Of a stretch of DNA of 64,000 nt, positions 37,354 to 47,724 are shown piece by piece. Numbering within the stretch: the stretch's first letter is position 1; each line of letters opens with the position of its first letter. Under the pieces are notes generated by a model. It ran no database searches and was not told the DNA's origin. It saw only the letters and a list, made by a program, of their open reading frames with translations. This stretch comes from an uncultured Bacteroidales bacterium (GTDB lineage Bacteria; Bacteroidota; Bacteroidia; Bacteroidales; UBA932), in NCBI GenBank assembly GCA_900317925.1, contig ONIQ01000001.1, positions 18,300 to 82,299 on the forward strand. The letters are read 5' to 3'. The position numbers and the translations under genes were made by a program.

Positions 37354-38146
37354 GCACCTGTTCCTCCTGCTGCTTGTGCTGGCATCCGCCCTCCCGGCGG
37401 CTGCCATTCCGCCCAAGCCCTCTCCACAGCGGCTGGTAAACGATTTTGCCGGCCTCTTTACCGCCGGTCAGGTGGATGAACTGGAACGGAAACTGGTCGC
37501 CTTTGACGACTCCACCTCCAACCAAATTACCGTGGTGACGGTGAACGACCTGGAAGGCCGCGCCGCAGCGGACTATGCCGACCGGATCGGCATCGAATGG
37601 GGCGTGGGCAGCAAGGCCCGCAACAACGGCATCGTGGTCCTCGTCAAACCCAAGACCCCGGATTCCGGCGGGCAGGTAACCATCCAGGTCGGCTATGGAC
37701 TCGAAGGAGCCATTCCCGACATCTATGCCTCCCGGATCATCCGGAACGACATGATCCCGCATTTCCAGGTGAACGACTACTATGGAGGTGTCGAGCAGGC
37801 CTGTGAAACCCTCATGGCCCTTGCCAGCGGAGAGATAGCCGAACCGCGCAGCCGGGACGATGAAGAAGACGATGTATTTGAATCTTTGCTGGCCATGCTC
37901 ATCCTCCTCTTCCTGATGATTCTGGTCATCAAGATGATCCATCATTCCGGGGGGAACCACGGCGGCGGAAACGGCACCGGCGGACGGGACCGCCATATCT
38001 GGGTGGGACCCATCGGCGGCAGTCCCTGGGGCGGCAGTTCGCGTGGAGGCTCCTGGGGCGGAGGCTTTGGAGGAGGTTTCGGCGGAGGATTCGGCGGTTT
38101 TGGCGGCGGCTCCTTTGGTGGAGGCGGCGCATCGGGTAGTTGGTAA
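37331..38146 (+). CDS. TPM domain protein (YgcG-like) with Gly-rich tail
   Basis: VNDFA, WGVG, QVGYGLEGAIPD, GGSFGGGGASGSW. Confidence 0.92.
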   Translation: MKTMAKIRHLFLLLLVLASALPAAAIPPKPSPQRLVNDFAGLFTAGQVDELERKLVAFDDSTSNQITVVTVNDLEGRAAADYADRIGIEWGVGSKARNNGIVVLVKPKTPDSGGQVTIQVGYGLEGAIPDIYASRIIRNDMIPHFQVNDYYGGVEQACETLMALASGEIAEPRSRDDEEDDVFESLLAMLILLFLMILVIKMIHHSGGNHGGGNGTGGRDRHIWVGPIGGSPWGGSSRGGSWGGGFGGGFGGGFGGFGGGSFGGGGASGSW

Positions 38147-38147
38147 A

Positions 38148-38675
38148 CTACCGCAAATCCGTTACGATATACGATGTAGGCAGCGCCTGTAGTTCCAGCA
38201 CGAACGAAGGCGCTGTTTGGTTTATTTTCCAATCAGAAAAAGAGAAATCGGCCTTTGTCCCGTCGGGGAGCGACAGCATGGCAGAGCAGGGATAATCCCC
38301 CCGGAACTGCAGGCGGACGGGCGCACCTTCTCCGGACTGCTTCAGCCAGGCCACGGGATTGGTGAGCCAATCGGAAGAGGAGGCATCGACGGCTTCGATA
38401 ACCACTTCGCCGGCTGCCCGGTCCACGATCCAGCGGGTTTGGCCGTCGCACCAGATTTCCATCCCGTTTCCATTCACATAATAGCAATCGCCCCGGATAA
38501 CGGCTGTCCCCTCGCCCGATACGGGAACCGCCGCCCGGGTCTGGAAGGAATAGGAAAGGGAGACGCAGTTTCCCGCCAGTTTATCCCAAAAGGCGCGGGT
38601 ACGCACATCCTGTCCGGCAGCGAAAAAGGCTGCCAGGCAAAGCAGGACGCTTATCGTACATACAATCCGTTTCAT
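38148..38675 (-). CDS. LolA-like lipoprotein carrier protein
   Basis: Signal peptide; EIWCDGQTRW, NP, terminal TDLR. Confidence 0.65.
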   Translation of the reverse strand: MKRIVCTISVLLCLAAFFAAGQDVRTRAFWDKLAGNCVSLSYSFQTRAAVPVSGEGTAVIRGDCYYVNGNGMEIWCDGQTRWIVDRAAGEVVIEAVDASSSDWLTNPVAWLKQSGEGAPVRLQFRGDYPCSAMLSLPDGTKADFSFSDWKINQTAPSFVLELQALPTSYIVTDLR

Positions 38676-38708
38676 GTCGTATCCCTTTCTTGCAGAAGCC
38701 GTGCCAGA

Positions 38709-39731
38709 CTATTTCACGCGGATCGAACGGCCGACACGCAAGGTAGATTTCGTCGTAAGCCCATTCCACTCGCACAGCTGCCGTACCGTAACGCCATTTT
38801 TGCGGGCCAGGTGCGTGAGCGTATCTCCCGGACGGATCTTGTAATATTGGGGCTGCGCTTCCTGAACCGGGGTTTCCTCCTGATCCGAAGAAGCTTCGTC
38901 CAACAGAATATCTTCCTCAACATCTTCCGATTCCGGAACATACTTGCTGTCAATACTCAAGTATTTCTTTTTCAAGGTAAAAACCCGTTTACGCAGGTCG
39001 CCCGACTCAAAATCGATCAGCCACTGCGGGTCGAAGGCGAAGCCCTGGTACCGCGTTTCAAAATGCAGATGAGGACCGGTTGATCGGCCCGTAGAGCCGC
39101 CCAAGCCGATGACCTCCCCGGCCCGCACCCAGTCTCCGGGTTCCACCTCCCGGCGGGAGAGATGGCCATAGAAGGTTTCCAGCCCGTTTTCGTGCCGGAT
39201 AATCACCAGGTTGCCATAGCCCCGGTGGTACTTCGACAGCCGGACCTTTCCGTCAAAGGCGGCATAGACCGGATCGCCCGTATGCAGGGGCAGGTCAACC
39301 CCCTGGTGACGGCGGCGGCGCCGGGGACCGAAGGGAGAATAGACCTTGCCCTGCCGGGGGCAGCGATAACTGCTCAGGGTATCTACGACCCAGAAAGATA
39401 TCTCCGCCGGAAGATTGTCCAGCGAAGTATGGTAGGGATCGGGTTCATTGTTGTTCCAGCATTCGGTAAACACCTCCTGGGAAACAAGATAGGCCGGATC
39501 CTTCCAATAATGCCAGGTATTGTCGGTAAAAAGCAGGATCTTGATATGCTCATTCGCAGTAGCAATCGTGTCCATGACGGTTTTTTCGCCCGTATCGGAC
39601 GAATGCAGGGGTTTCATGCCTGGACGGGGAACCAGCATTTCGGCACGCTGCCGGGTCATCCTGGGCAAATCTACCTGCGCATAGGCACTCACTGCCAGCA
39701 ATAGGAACAACAAGGACAGGAATTTCCTCAT
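38709..39731 (-). CDS. M23 peptidase with C-terminal LysM
   Basis: HQGVD, YGHL, STGPHLHFE, IRPGDTL; start MRKFLS at 39731. Confidence 0.92.
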   Translation of the reverse strand: MRKFLSLLFLLLAVSAYAQVDLPRMTRQRAEMLVPRPGMKPLHSSDTGEKTVMDTIATANEHIKILLFTDNTWHYWKDPAYLVSQEVFTECWNNNEPDPYHTSLDNLPAEISFWVVDTLSSYRCPRQGKVYSPFGPRRRRRHQGVDLPLHTGDPVYAAFDGKVRLSKYHRGYGNLVIIRHENGLETFYGHLSRREVEPGDWVRAGEVIGLGGSTGRSTGPHLHFETRYQGFAFDPQWLIDFESGDLRKRVFTLKKKYLSIDSKYVPESEDVEEDILLDEASSDQEETPVQEAQPQYYKIRPGDTLTHLARKNGVTVRQLCEWNGLTTKSTLRVGRSIRVK

Positions 39732-39738
39732 CGGCAGC

Positions 39739-41100
39739 TTATTTGGCATCAAACTTCTCTACCAGCAAAGCGCGGGTTTCCGCCACCTTCTTTGCCAGCA
39801 GTTCCTCCGAAGTAGCCTCGCAGATAAAACGAAGATAAGGCTCCGTATTGGAGGGGCGGATATTGAACCACCACTGCGGGAATTCCAGGCGATACCCGTC
39901 GAAATCCATCACGGCGGTAGGAGTTTCCTGGGCCATGAAGTGGGCTTTGACCGCCTCCATGGCGCCGGCCTTGTCCTCAATGCGGAAATTGATTTCACCG
40001 GAATTCTTGTAATGGGTCAGTTCGTCGATCATGGCGCTGAAGGTCTTCCCCTGGCGTTTCAGGGCAGACACGATGCGCAGCACGATGATGCTGGCCAGCA
40101 TACCGCTGTCCGAGTAGAAGAAGTCCTTGAAATAGTAGTGACCAGCCAGTTCACCGCCCCACAAACCGTCGATTTCACGCAGTTTGGGAGCCGCGAAGGC
40201 GCGCCCCACCCGCCAGGTGTGCAGTTCTGCACCGTACTGCTGCAGATACTCGCCCACCGCCTTGGAAGAACGGATTTCTTGCAGGACACGCGGGTTCTTC
40301 TCGCCGCGCTCGCCACAGAAATACAGGGCCATCATCGCGATGATCAGATCGGGTGCCACGAAACGGGCCTTGTCGTCCACGAACATCACGCGGTCGGCAT
40401 CGCCATCATAAATTACGCCCAGGTCGGCTCCCGTACGGGATACCAGGTCCTTCAGCGGCTGTACATTCTTGGGAATGAGCGGATTGGGCTCATGGTTGGG
40501 AAAACGGCCGTCGATGGTATCGAACAGGTACTCCGCGTTCTCGCCCGCATAGACCTCCTTCGCAAAGAGATTGGCCATGCCGTTGGACAGGTCAAAGGCA
40601 ATCTTCAAGTTCGAGAAATCGCCCTTGTACTTCTTCAGGAAGGCGATATAGTCCGGTTTGATGTCGATTTCGCGCACCGAGCCTTTCTTCGCGGCGGGCG
40701 GCGTAGGTTTTCCCTCGTCGATCCAGGCCTTGATCTGGCCCAGGCCCGTATCCAGGCCCACCGGAAGGGCATTTTCCCGCGAAACTTTCATGCCATTGTA
40801 TTCGGCCGGATTGTGTGAGGCCGTAATCTGCACGGAAGCCTTGTAACCGTAATTCGCCGTCCCGAAATACACCAGCGGCGTACTGCTCAAGCCGATGTCG
40901 TCCACATCCGCACCCGCATCCGTAATGCCCTTGATGAGATAATCATGAATCTCGGGCGAGGAAACCCGGCAGTCACGGCCCACCAGGACCTTGTCGGCAC
41001 CCAGCAGCTCCGGCAGGAAATAACCCACCTTGTAAGCCACCTCTTTATCGAAATCCACGTTGTAGATTCCCCTTATATCATACGCATGAAAAGCTCCCAT
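39739..41100 (-). CDS. Phosphomannomutase/phosphoglucomutase
   Basis: AYDIRG, TASHNP, DGDADR, GELAGH, RPSNTEP. Confidence 0.95.
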   Translation of the reverse strand: MGAFHAYDIRGIYNVDFDKEVAYKVGYFLPELLGADKVLVGRDCRVSSPEIHDYLIKGITDAGADVDDIGLSSTPLVYFGTANYGYKASVQITASHNPAEYNGMKVSRENALPVGLDTGLGQIKAWIDEGKPTPPAAKKGSVREIDIKPDYIAFLKKYKGDFSNLKIAFDLSNGMANLFAKEVYAGENAEYLFDTIDGRFPNHEPNPLIPKNVQPLKDLVSRTGADLGVIYDGDADRVMFVDDKARFVAPDLIIAMMALYFCGERGEKNPRVLQEIRSSKAVGEYLQQYGAELHTWRVGRAFAAPKLREIDGLWGGELAGHYYFKDFFYSDSGMLASIIVLRIVSALKRQGKTFSAMIDELTHYKNSGEINFRIEDKAGAMEAVKAHFMAQETPTAVMDFDGYRLEFPQWWFNIRPSNTEPYLRFICEATSEELLAKKVAETRALLVEKFDAK

Positions 41101-41111
41101 AATGAATCGGA

Positions 41112-41666
41112 TTATTTAATTTTTGTGTTATAATGAGCCGACACCTTCCCGTGGGCGATGTTCAGCAGTTTCTTTGTCAGCATTTTCTTGCGGATAGGAG
41201 CCACGTTGTCCACGAACAGGTTCCCGTCCAGATGGGACAATTCGTGCTGCACCATCCGGCAGCCGAATTTATCGAACGCTTCCTCCACCTTTTCCAGGTT
41301 CTCGTTATAATACGCCACCTTCATGCTCACCGGGCGCAGCACATCGGCATAGATGCCGGGTACGCTCAGGCAGCCTTCATTGTATTCGCATTTTTTCTCG
41401 CTCTCCTCCAGGATTACCGGATTGATGAGGGTGCGTTTGAAGCCCTTCAGGTAAGGATAAACATCTGCCATCACATCCCCATCCACAATGACGACGCGCT
41501 CGCTGACGCCTATCTGGGGCGCCGCCAGTCCGCAGCCTTCCGCCTGGGCAAGGGTATCCTTGAGGTCCTGGACCAGGGATTTGATATGTTCTGCATCGTT
41601 CAGGTCCACCGGTGCCGCCACTTCACGGAGCACCTGGGAGCCATAGACATAAATCGGTTGTACCAT
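41112..41666 (-). CDS. def: Peptide deformylase
   Basis: GLAAPQIG, EGCLS, QHELSHLDG. Confidence 0.97.
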   Translation of the reverse strand: MVQPIYVYGSQVLREVAAPVDLNDAEHIKSLVQDLKDTLAQAEGCGLAAPQIGVSERVVIVDGDVMADVYPYLKGFKRTLINPVILEESEKKCEYNEGCLSVPGIYADVLRPVSMKVAYYNENLEKVEEAFDKFGCRMVQHELSHLDGNLFVDNVAPIRKKMLTKKLLNIAHGKVSAHYNTKIK

Positions 41667-41668
41667 AC

Positions 41669-42091
41669 TTATTTGTTATTAGCCTGACGGTCCAGAAATC
41701 CTTGCAGGATGATCGCGGCGCTGATCTTGTCGACCGAGGCCTTGTCCCGCCGGTCGCTCTTCTTCATGCCGCCGTCAATCATGGCCCGATGCGCCAGCAC
41801 CGAGGTGAAGCGCTCATCCTCCCGGGTGACGGGGACGTCCGGAAAAGCCTTCTCCAGCTGCTTCAGGAAAAGGTCCACATCGCGGGCAGCCTCGGAAGGA
41901 CGATTATCCAGGTTCATGGGATAGCCCACCACGAAACGGACAATCCGTTCCCGGGCGGCATACGCTTTCAGCCATTGTACCAGCCGCGCTCCATCCACCG
42001 TTTCCAGCGGCGAAGCGAAGATGCAGAGCGGATCGCTGACCGCAATGCCCGTCCGTTTCCGGCCGTAATCGATGCCTACAATTCTGTCCAT
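41669..42091 (-). CDS. ruvX: YqgF/RuvX family nuclease
   Basis: GIDYGRKRTGIAVSD, DERFTS, VDKISA.IILQ; start 42091. Confidence 0.94.
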   Translation of the reverse strand: MDRIVGIDYGRKRTGIAVSDPLCIFASPLETVDGARLVQWLKAYAARERIVRFVVGYPMNLDNRPSEAARDVDLFLKQLEKAFPDVPVTREDERFTSVLAHRAMIDGGMKKSDRRDKASVDKISAAIILQGFLDRQANNK

Positions 42092-42096
42092 CGCTG

Positions 42097-42143
42097 CAAA
42101 TATACGGGAAAATCCCGAATTTGCATGAATTTTGCTATATTTG
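42097..42143. promoter_or_regulatory. Divergent -7 boxes for ruvX-def (-) and M23-dxr-rseP (+)
   Basis: CAAATATA 42097-42104 and TATATTTG 42136-42143. Confidence 0.65.
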
Positions 42144-42164
42144 TATTTCCGTAAAAGACAAGGT

Positions 42165-43019
42165 ATGGTTAGGAATAAGGAACAAATCAAGAAAGTGCAG
42201 ACGTACCGGATGACGATGTCCGATGACAAAACGCACCGGCAGTTATGGACCCTCCGTTTTTCCCGGATGGGGCTATTCCTGACCGCTGCTTCCACCCTTT
42301 TCATCATCATCGCCACAATTTTTTCCGCCATTGCCTTTACACCCCTGAAAACCTTCCTTCCAGGCTATCCTGACGCCCATTCCAAACGGGCTGCCATCCA
42401 GAATGCCATCAAGGTGGATTCCCTGGAAAGCGTCATCTACCGCTGGGAACTCTATACCGAGAATCTGAGCCGCATCCTGGAAGGACGCGAGCCCATTCAG
42501 GTCGATAGCATCGTCCGCGCCCATGCCGACTTGCTCGCGCAAGGAAAAGAGGCGCAGGCGCTAGCCCAGCGGGACTCCCTGCTGCGCACCAACGTAGCCC
42601 GGGAAGAGCAGTTTGAGGTGAGCGGCGGCGCTGCCCGCAACCTGCCCATCGAGGGCATGCATTTCTTCACCCCGCTCAAAGGGGTGGTCTCGCAGGGATT
42701 CACCCCGGCCATTCATCCGGCCATCGATATTACCGCCCCGGCGGGGACGCCGGTCATGTCGATACTGGACGGAACCGTCATCAGCGCCGGCTGGGACGAG
42801 AAGACGGGCTATTCCCTTATGATTCAGCACGAAAACAACCTGATCTCCGTTTATCGGCATAACCGCGAACTGCTTCGCAACCAAGGCGATAAAGTCAAGG
42901 CGGGAACCCCCGTCGCCCTCGTGGGCAATACCGGTTCCCAGACTACCGGAGAGCATCTTCACTTCGAGCTTTGGCACGAAGGAGAAGCCATTGACCCCAC
43001 CCGTTATATCAGCTTCTGA
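42165..43019 (+). CDS. M23 family metallopeptidase, membrane anchored
   Basis: HPAID, YRHN, TGEHLHFE; TGATG overlap with dxr. Confidence 0.9.
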   Translation: MVRNKEQIKKVQTYRMTMSDDKTHRQLWTLRFSRMGLFLTAASTLFIIIATIFSAIAFTPLKTFLPGYPDAHSKRAAIQNAIKVDSLESVIYRWELYTENLSRILEGREPIQVDSIVRAHADLLAQGKEAQALAQRDSLLRTNVAREEQFEVSGGAARNLPIEGMHFFTPLKGVVSQGFTPAIHPAIDITAPAGTPVMSILDGTVISAGWDEKTGYSLMIQHENNLISVYRHNRELLRNQGDKVKAGTPVALVGNTGSQTTGEHLHFELWHEGEAIDPTRYISF

Positions 43020-44185
43020 TGAGAAAAAGACACATTGCCATCCTCGGTTCCACCGGGTCCATCGGCCGCCAGACCCTGGATGTGGTCCGGCAGCATCCGG
43101 ACCGTTTCGACGTGGAACTCATTACCGCCAACAACAGCAGTGACCTGCTGATCGAACAGGCGCGCGAGTTTGACGTCAACAACGTCGTCATCTGCAATCC
43201 CGACAAATATGCCCAGGTCCGCGACGGCCTGGCCGATACGGACAGCAAGGTATTCTGCGGCATCGACTCGGCTTGTAGCCTCGCCGCAGCCGACGGGGTG
43301 GATATCGTTGTGGCTGCCATGGTTGGATTCAGCGGCCTGCGCCCCACCCTGGCGGCCATCGAGGCGGGCAAGATCATCGCCCTGGCCAACAAGGAGACCC
43401 TGGTAGCTGCCGGATCCCTGGTGATGGAGCGGTCCCGGGCCTGCAACGCCCCCATCCTCCCGGTAGATTCCGAGCATTCGGCCATCTTCCAGTGCCTGCT
43501 CGCCGCCCAAGGAAACAAACTCGAAAAAATACATCTCACAGCCTCCGGAGGCCCTTTCCGCAATTGGACGAAAGCGCAGATCGCCACCGCCACGAAGGCC
43601 GACGCCCTCAAGCATCCCAACTGGTCGATGGGCGCCAAAATCACCATCGATTCCGCCACGATGATGAACAAAGGATTCGAGGTCATCGAGGCCCGCTGGC
43701 TCTTCGGCACCGGAGCCGACCGCATCCACGTAGTGGTACACCCCGAATCGGTCATCCACTCCATGGTCGAATTTGAAGACGGGGCCGTCCTGGCCCAGCT
43801 GGGCTGCCCGGACATGCGCGAGCCCATCCAGTTGGCGCTCAGTTTCCCCGAGCGCCTGCCGCTCAACAACCGGAAACTGGATTTCGCCGCCCTGGGCGCC
43901 CTGACCTTCCAGGAACCCGACCTGAACCGATTCCCCGCCCTGGGGCTGGCGTTTGAAGCCCTGGAAAAAGGAGGCAATGTCCCTTGCATCCTGAATGCCG
44001 CCAACGAAGCCTGCGTGGCCGCCTACCTGCAAGACCGGATTGGTTTCTACGATATTCCCGCCATCGCCCGCGACTGCATGGCGGCCCTCCCGTTCATCGC
44101 CCGGCCTACGCTGGAAGAGGTGTTCTCCTCCCATGAGGAGGCCCTGGCCCGCGCAAACGAACTCATTGAAAAGATTGCCCGCTGA
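43019..44185 (+). CDS. dxr: 1-deoxy-D-xylulose-5-phosphate reductoisomerase
   Basis: LGSTGSIG, LANKE, PVDSEHSA, TASGGPF, HPNWSMG, NKGFEVIEA. Confidence 0.98.
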   Translation: MRKRHIAILGSTGSIGRQTLDVVRQHPDRFDVELITANNSSDLLIEQAREFDVNNVVICNPDKYAQVRDGLADTDSKVFCGIDSACSLAAADGVDIVVAAMVGFSGLRPTLAAIEAGKIIALANKETLVAAGSLVMERSRACNAPILPVDSEHSAIFQCLLAAQGNKLEKIHLTASGGPFRNWTKAQIATATKADALKHPNWSMGAKITIDSATMMNKGFEVIEARWLFGTGADRIHVVVHPESVIHSMVEFEDGAVLAQLGCPDMREPIQLALSFPERLPLNNRKLDFAALGALTFQEPDLNRFPALGLAFEALEKGGNVPCILNAANEACVAAYLQDRIGFYDIPAIARDCMAALPFIARPTLEEVFSSHEEALARANELIEKIAR

Positions 44186-45480
44186 TGGTTGTGCTGATGA
44201 AAATCCTCCAGGTGGTCCTGGCGCTTTCCGTCCTCATCCTCTTCCATGAGCTGGGGCATTTCCTCTTTGCCAAGCTTTTCGGCATCCGGGTAGATAAATT
44301 CTACCTCTTCTTCGACATCGGCGGGTTCAAGCTCTTCCACTTCCGCATCGGACAGACCGAATACGGCATGGGCTGGCTGCCCCTGGGCGGCTATTGCAAG
44401 ATTGCCGGCATGATTGACGAAAGCATGGACAAGGAATTCCTCTCCCACGAGCCGAAGCCCGACGAGTTCCGGTCCAAACCTGCCTGGCAGCGCCTGCTGG
44501 TCATGGCCGGCGGCGTGCTGTTCAACTTCATCCTGGCCATCGCGGTCTATATTGCCATTTCCGGCATCTGGGGGCAAACCTATATCCAGAACGAAGGCAA
44601 TGCGGTCTATGTGAACAGCCTGGCCCGGGAAATGGGATTCCGCAACGGGGACCAAATCCTGAAGATGGACGACTATGTCCCCCGGGATTTCAGCATGCTC
44701 CAGGCCGACCTGGCCCGGCGCGATGTGGGGAAGGTTACCGTCCTGCGCGGCAACGACACCCTGGATATCTACATTGACCGGAGAATGATCGGCAGCGTCC
44801 TCCAGACGCCCGACATGTTCGACCTGGCCGTTCCCTTTACCGTCGATACCGTGCTCAGCGCGGAGAATGCCGCCGTCCTGCAACGCGATGACCGCATCGT
44901 GGGCCTGGATTCGCTATCGGTCCCCTTCCTACAGGACGCCCGCCCCGTACTGGCCGCCCATCCGGACACCTCCCTCACCGCATTCATCCTGCGCGGGAAG
45001 GACACGGTTGCGCTGACCCTGGCGGTAGATTCCCTGGGACACGTGGGGGTTGTTCCCCGGATTCCCGGCCTGGTGCACGAAGAATATACGTTCTTCCAGG
45101 CCATACCCAAGGGCATCAAGCTCACTTTCAGCACCATAGGAGGCTATTTGCGGGACCTGAAGATGGTGGCGACCCCCAGCACCGGCGCATACAAGGGCGT
45201 GGGAAGTTTCATCGCCATCGGTCAGGTCTTCCCCTCCAGCTGGAACTGGTACGCCTTCCTGCAGATCCTGGCCCTGCTTTCCATCATGCTGGGCGTCATG
45301 AACCTCCTGCCCATCCCGGGCCTGGACGGCGGACACATCGTCTTTACCCTTTATGAAATCTTTACGGGCCGGAAACCCAGCGACCGTTTCCTGGAAATAG
45401 CACAGATGATTGGTTTAGTACTGGTCTTGCTCCTGATGTTCCTGGCCTTCGGCAATGATATCGGCAGATTATTCAAATAA
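44185..45480 (+). CDS. rseP: RIP metalloprotease RseP
   Basis: HELGH, PLGGY, NLLPIPGLDGG. Confidence 0.96.
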   Translation: MVVLMKILQVVLALSVLILFHELGHFLFAKLFGIRVDKFYLFFDIGGFKLFHFRIGQTEYGMGWLPLGGYCKIAGMIDESMDKEFLSHEPKPDEFRSKPAWQRLLVMAGGVLFNFILAIAVYIAISGIWGQTYIQNEGNAVYVNSLAREMGFRNGDQILKMDDYVPRDFSMLQADLARRDVGKVTVLRGNDTLDIYIDRRMIGSVLQTPDMFDLAVPFTVDTVLSAENAAVLQRDDRIVGLDSLSVPFLQDARPVLAAHPDTSLTAFILRGKDTVALTLAVDSLGHVGVVPRIPGLVHEEYTFFQAIPKGIKLTFSTIGGYLRDLKMVATPSTGAYKGVGSFIAIGQVFPSSWNWYAFLQILALLSIMLGVMNLLPIPGLDGGHIVFTLYEIFTGRKPSDRFLEIAQMIGLVLVLLLMFLAFGNDIGRLFK

Positions 45481-45486
45481 CGCAAT

Positions 45487-46497
45487 ATGAAACAGCTTTT
45501 TACCCTCGTAATCCTGGCCGTCCTCATCCTTGGATGCGGCCAGTCCGGCAAGACCCTGCTGCCCAACGTGAGCGGCAAGGCCGGTGAAGTGATCGTCGTC
45601 ATGGACAAAGACAATTGGGAAGGGAACCTGGGCGCCCAGACCCGCGACCTGCTCACGCAGGACTGCCCCTTCCTCCCCCAGCGTGAGCCCATGTACAACC
45701 TGGTAAGCATTACGCCCGGCGCATTCGGAGACCTGTTCAAGGTTCACCGCAACATTGTCTTCTTCCACATCGAACCCGCCGTCAAAGACAACGGCATTAC
45801 CTATCGGAACGACGTGTGGGCCCACCCGCAGTGCGTCATCCAGATCAACGCCGCCAACGCCGATTCGGCCCTGGCCCTCGTGAACCGCAGCAGCGAGATG
45901 ATTCTGGGCGCCCTGGAGCAGGCCGAACGGGACCGCATCATCACCAATACGCTGCTGTACGAGGAGAAATCCATCGCCCCGCAGATTGCGGAAATCTTTG
46001 GCGGAGAGGTCCATTTCCCCTCCGGCTACAAATTGCGCAAAAAGACGGACAACTTTGCCTGGGTGGCCTACCAGAAACAGTATTCCAACCAGGTCGTCCT
46101 CATTTATAAGTATCCCGTCGGAGACGATCCCGACCCGTTCTCCTGCGAAAGCCTGGTGGCGCATCGCAACGAAATCCTGAAGGAGAATGTCCCGGGTATG
46201 TTCGAGAACACCTACATGACCACCAGCACCTTCATGACCCCCCAGGTGCGATTCCTGCGTTACAAGGGCCGTGATTTTGCCGAGATGCGGGGACTCTGGG
46301 AAGTTGAAAACGACTACATGGGCGGTCCGTTCGTCCTGCACGCCTTCTACAGCAAGGACGGCCAGGACATCATCGTCCTTGACGCCTTCGTTTACGCCCC
46401 CAAATACGACAAGCGTCACTATCTGCGTCAGGTAGAGTCTCTCCTCTATTCTTTTGAATGGGAAGAAACTGCCGAAAAGGACGAGAAAAAGGGATAA
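45487..46497 (+). CDS. DUF4837 family lipoprotein
   Basis: Lipobox ILGC; GLW...MGGPF, FVYAP; follows rseP. Confidence 0.82.
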   Translation: MKQLFTLVILAVLILGCGQSGKTLLPNVSGKAGEVIVVMDKDNWEGNLGAQTRDLLTQDCPFLPQREPMYNLVSITPGAFGDLFKVHRNIVFFHIEPAVKDNGITYRNDVWAHPQCVIQINAANADSALALVNRSSEMILGALEQAERDRIITNTLLYEEKSIAPQIAEIFGGEVHFPSGYKLRKKTDNFAWVAYQKQYSNQVVLIYKYPVGDDPDPFSCESLVAHRNEILKENVPGMFENTYMTTSTFMTPQVRFLRYKGRDFAEMRGLWEVENDYMGGPFVLHAFYSKDGQDIIVLDAFVYAPKYDKRHYLRQVESLLYSFEWEETAEKDEKKG

Positions 46498-46503
46498 AAA
46501 TAT

Positions 46504-46534
46504 TTTGCGGAGTAAAAAATAATATATACCTTTG
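46504..46534 (+). promoter_or_regulatory. Canonical Bacteroidetes promoter (-33/-7) for tRNA-Glu/rpsT
   Basis: TTTG 46504-46507, 19-nt spacer, TACCTTTG 46527-46534. Confidence 0.8.
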
Positions 46535-46570
46535 CAATCCGATTCGTCGAAATGACAATCGGACCGGTAT

Positions 46571-46642
46571 GGTGGGTTCGTATAACGGCTAGTACTCGGG
46601 ATTTTCATTCCCGCAATAGGAGTTCGATTCTCCTACCCACTA
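46571..46642 (+). tRNA. tRNA-Glu(TTC)
   Basis: Cloverleaf; anticodon arm CGGGA-TTTTCAT-TCCCG. Confidence 0.96.
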
Positions 46643-46666
46643 CTAAAAATATAAAAAAGTTACATA

Positions 46667-46921
46667 ATGGCAAATAACGCATCTGCTAAGAAGTGCATTC
46701 GCCAGAGCGAACGGCACAGACTGCATAACAGGTATTATGCAAAAACAACGCGGAACGCAATCCGCGACATCCGTACCACTACAGACAAGAAGGCCGCTGA
46801 GGAGCGTGCACCGAAAGTCTATGCAATGATTGACAAGCTTGCCAAGATTGGCCTGATTCACAAGAACAAAGCCTCCAACCTCAAGAGCGGTATCCAGGTC
46901 TACATCAACAAGCTCGCCTAA
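46667..46921 (+). CDS. rpsT: 30S ribosomal protein S20
   Basis: [13 protein letters not shown]...[14 protein letters not shown]. Confidence 0.97.
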   Translation: MANNASAKKCIRQSERHRLHNRYYAKTTRNAIRDIRTTTDKKAAEERAPKVYAMIDKLAKIGLIHKNKASNLKSGIQVYINKLA

Positions 46922-46941
46922 GAGAATTCGCCTTCGGGCAT

Positions 46942-47014
46942 CGGGATGTAGCGCAGTTGGTAGCGCACTACGTTCGGGACGTAGGGGTCGCTCGTTCGAG
47001 TCGAGTCATCCCGA
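46942..47014 (+). tRNA. tRNA-Pro(CGG)
   Basis: Cloverleaf; anticodon arm CTACG-TTCGGGA-CGTAG. Confidence 0.96.
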
Positions 47015-47020
47015 CTACAT

Positions 47021-47053
47021 AACAAAGAGTCCGGCATCGCGTCGGACTTTGTT
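47021..47053 (+). terminator. Terminator-like hairpin after tRNA-Pro
   Basis: AACAAAG..AGTCCG / CGGACT-TTGTT imperfect stem. Confidence 0.55.
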
Positions 47054-47084
47054 GTATGAACAGAAACACAAAAACAACACCGCC

Positions 47085-47714
47085 ATGAGCCAATTGCACG
47101 TTATCAACCACCCGATGATCCAGCACAAGCTGACCATCATGCGAATGAAGGAAACCGGTTCCAAGGATTTCCGCGAACTGCTCAAAGAAATCGCTCTCCT
47201 GATGGGTTATGAGGTCCTGCGTGACCTCCCGCTCACCGATATCGAGATTGAAACCCCGATTTGCAAGACCATGGCCAAGACCATCAGCGGCCGCAAACTG
47301 GCCATTGTCCCGATTCTCCGGGCCGGCCTGGGTATGGTGGAAGGGCTGCAAAGCCTGGTTCCCGTTGCCAAAGTGGGCCACATCGGTCTCTACCGCAACG
47401 AGGAAACCCACAAGCCGGTTGTCTACTACTGCAAACTTCCCAAGGACATCCAGAAACGCACGGTCATCATCACCGACCCGATGCTCGCCACCGGCGGCAG
47501 CGCCTGCGACGCCCTTGCCATGCTGAAGGAGCGCGGTTGTACGGATGTCCGCCTGATGTGTCTGGTAGGTGCCCCGGAAGGCATTGCCAAGGTTCAGGCA
47601 GAACACCCGGACGTGGACATCTTCCTGGCTGCGGTGGACGACCACCTCAACGAAAACGCCTACATCGTCCCGGGTCTGGGAGACGCCGGAGACCGCATCT
47701 TCGGAACCAAGTAA
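47085..47714 (+). CDS. upp: Uracil phosphoribosyltransferase
   Basis: [27 protein letters not shown]; start MSQLHV at 47085. Confidence 0.97.
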   Translation: MSQLHVINHPMIQHKLTIMRMKETGSKDFRELLKEIALLMGYEVLRDLPLTDIEIETPICKTMAKTISGRKLAIVPILRAGLGMVEGLQSLVPVAKVGHIGLYRNEETHKPVVYYCKLPKDIQKRTVIITDPMLATGGSACDALAMLKERGCTDVRLMCLVGAPEGIAKVQAEHPDVDIFLAAVDDHLNENAYIVPGLGDAGDRIFGTK

Positions 47715-47724
47715 GACGGAACGG

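Noticed and set aside
38030-38143. GGC/GGA-rich repetitive tract
   Set aside because: Encodes the normal Gly-rich tail of TPM proteins.
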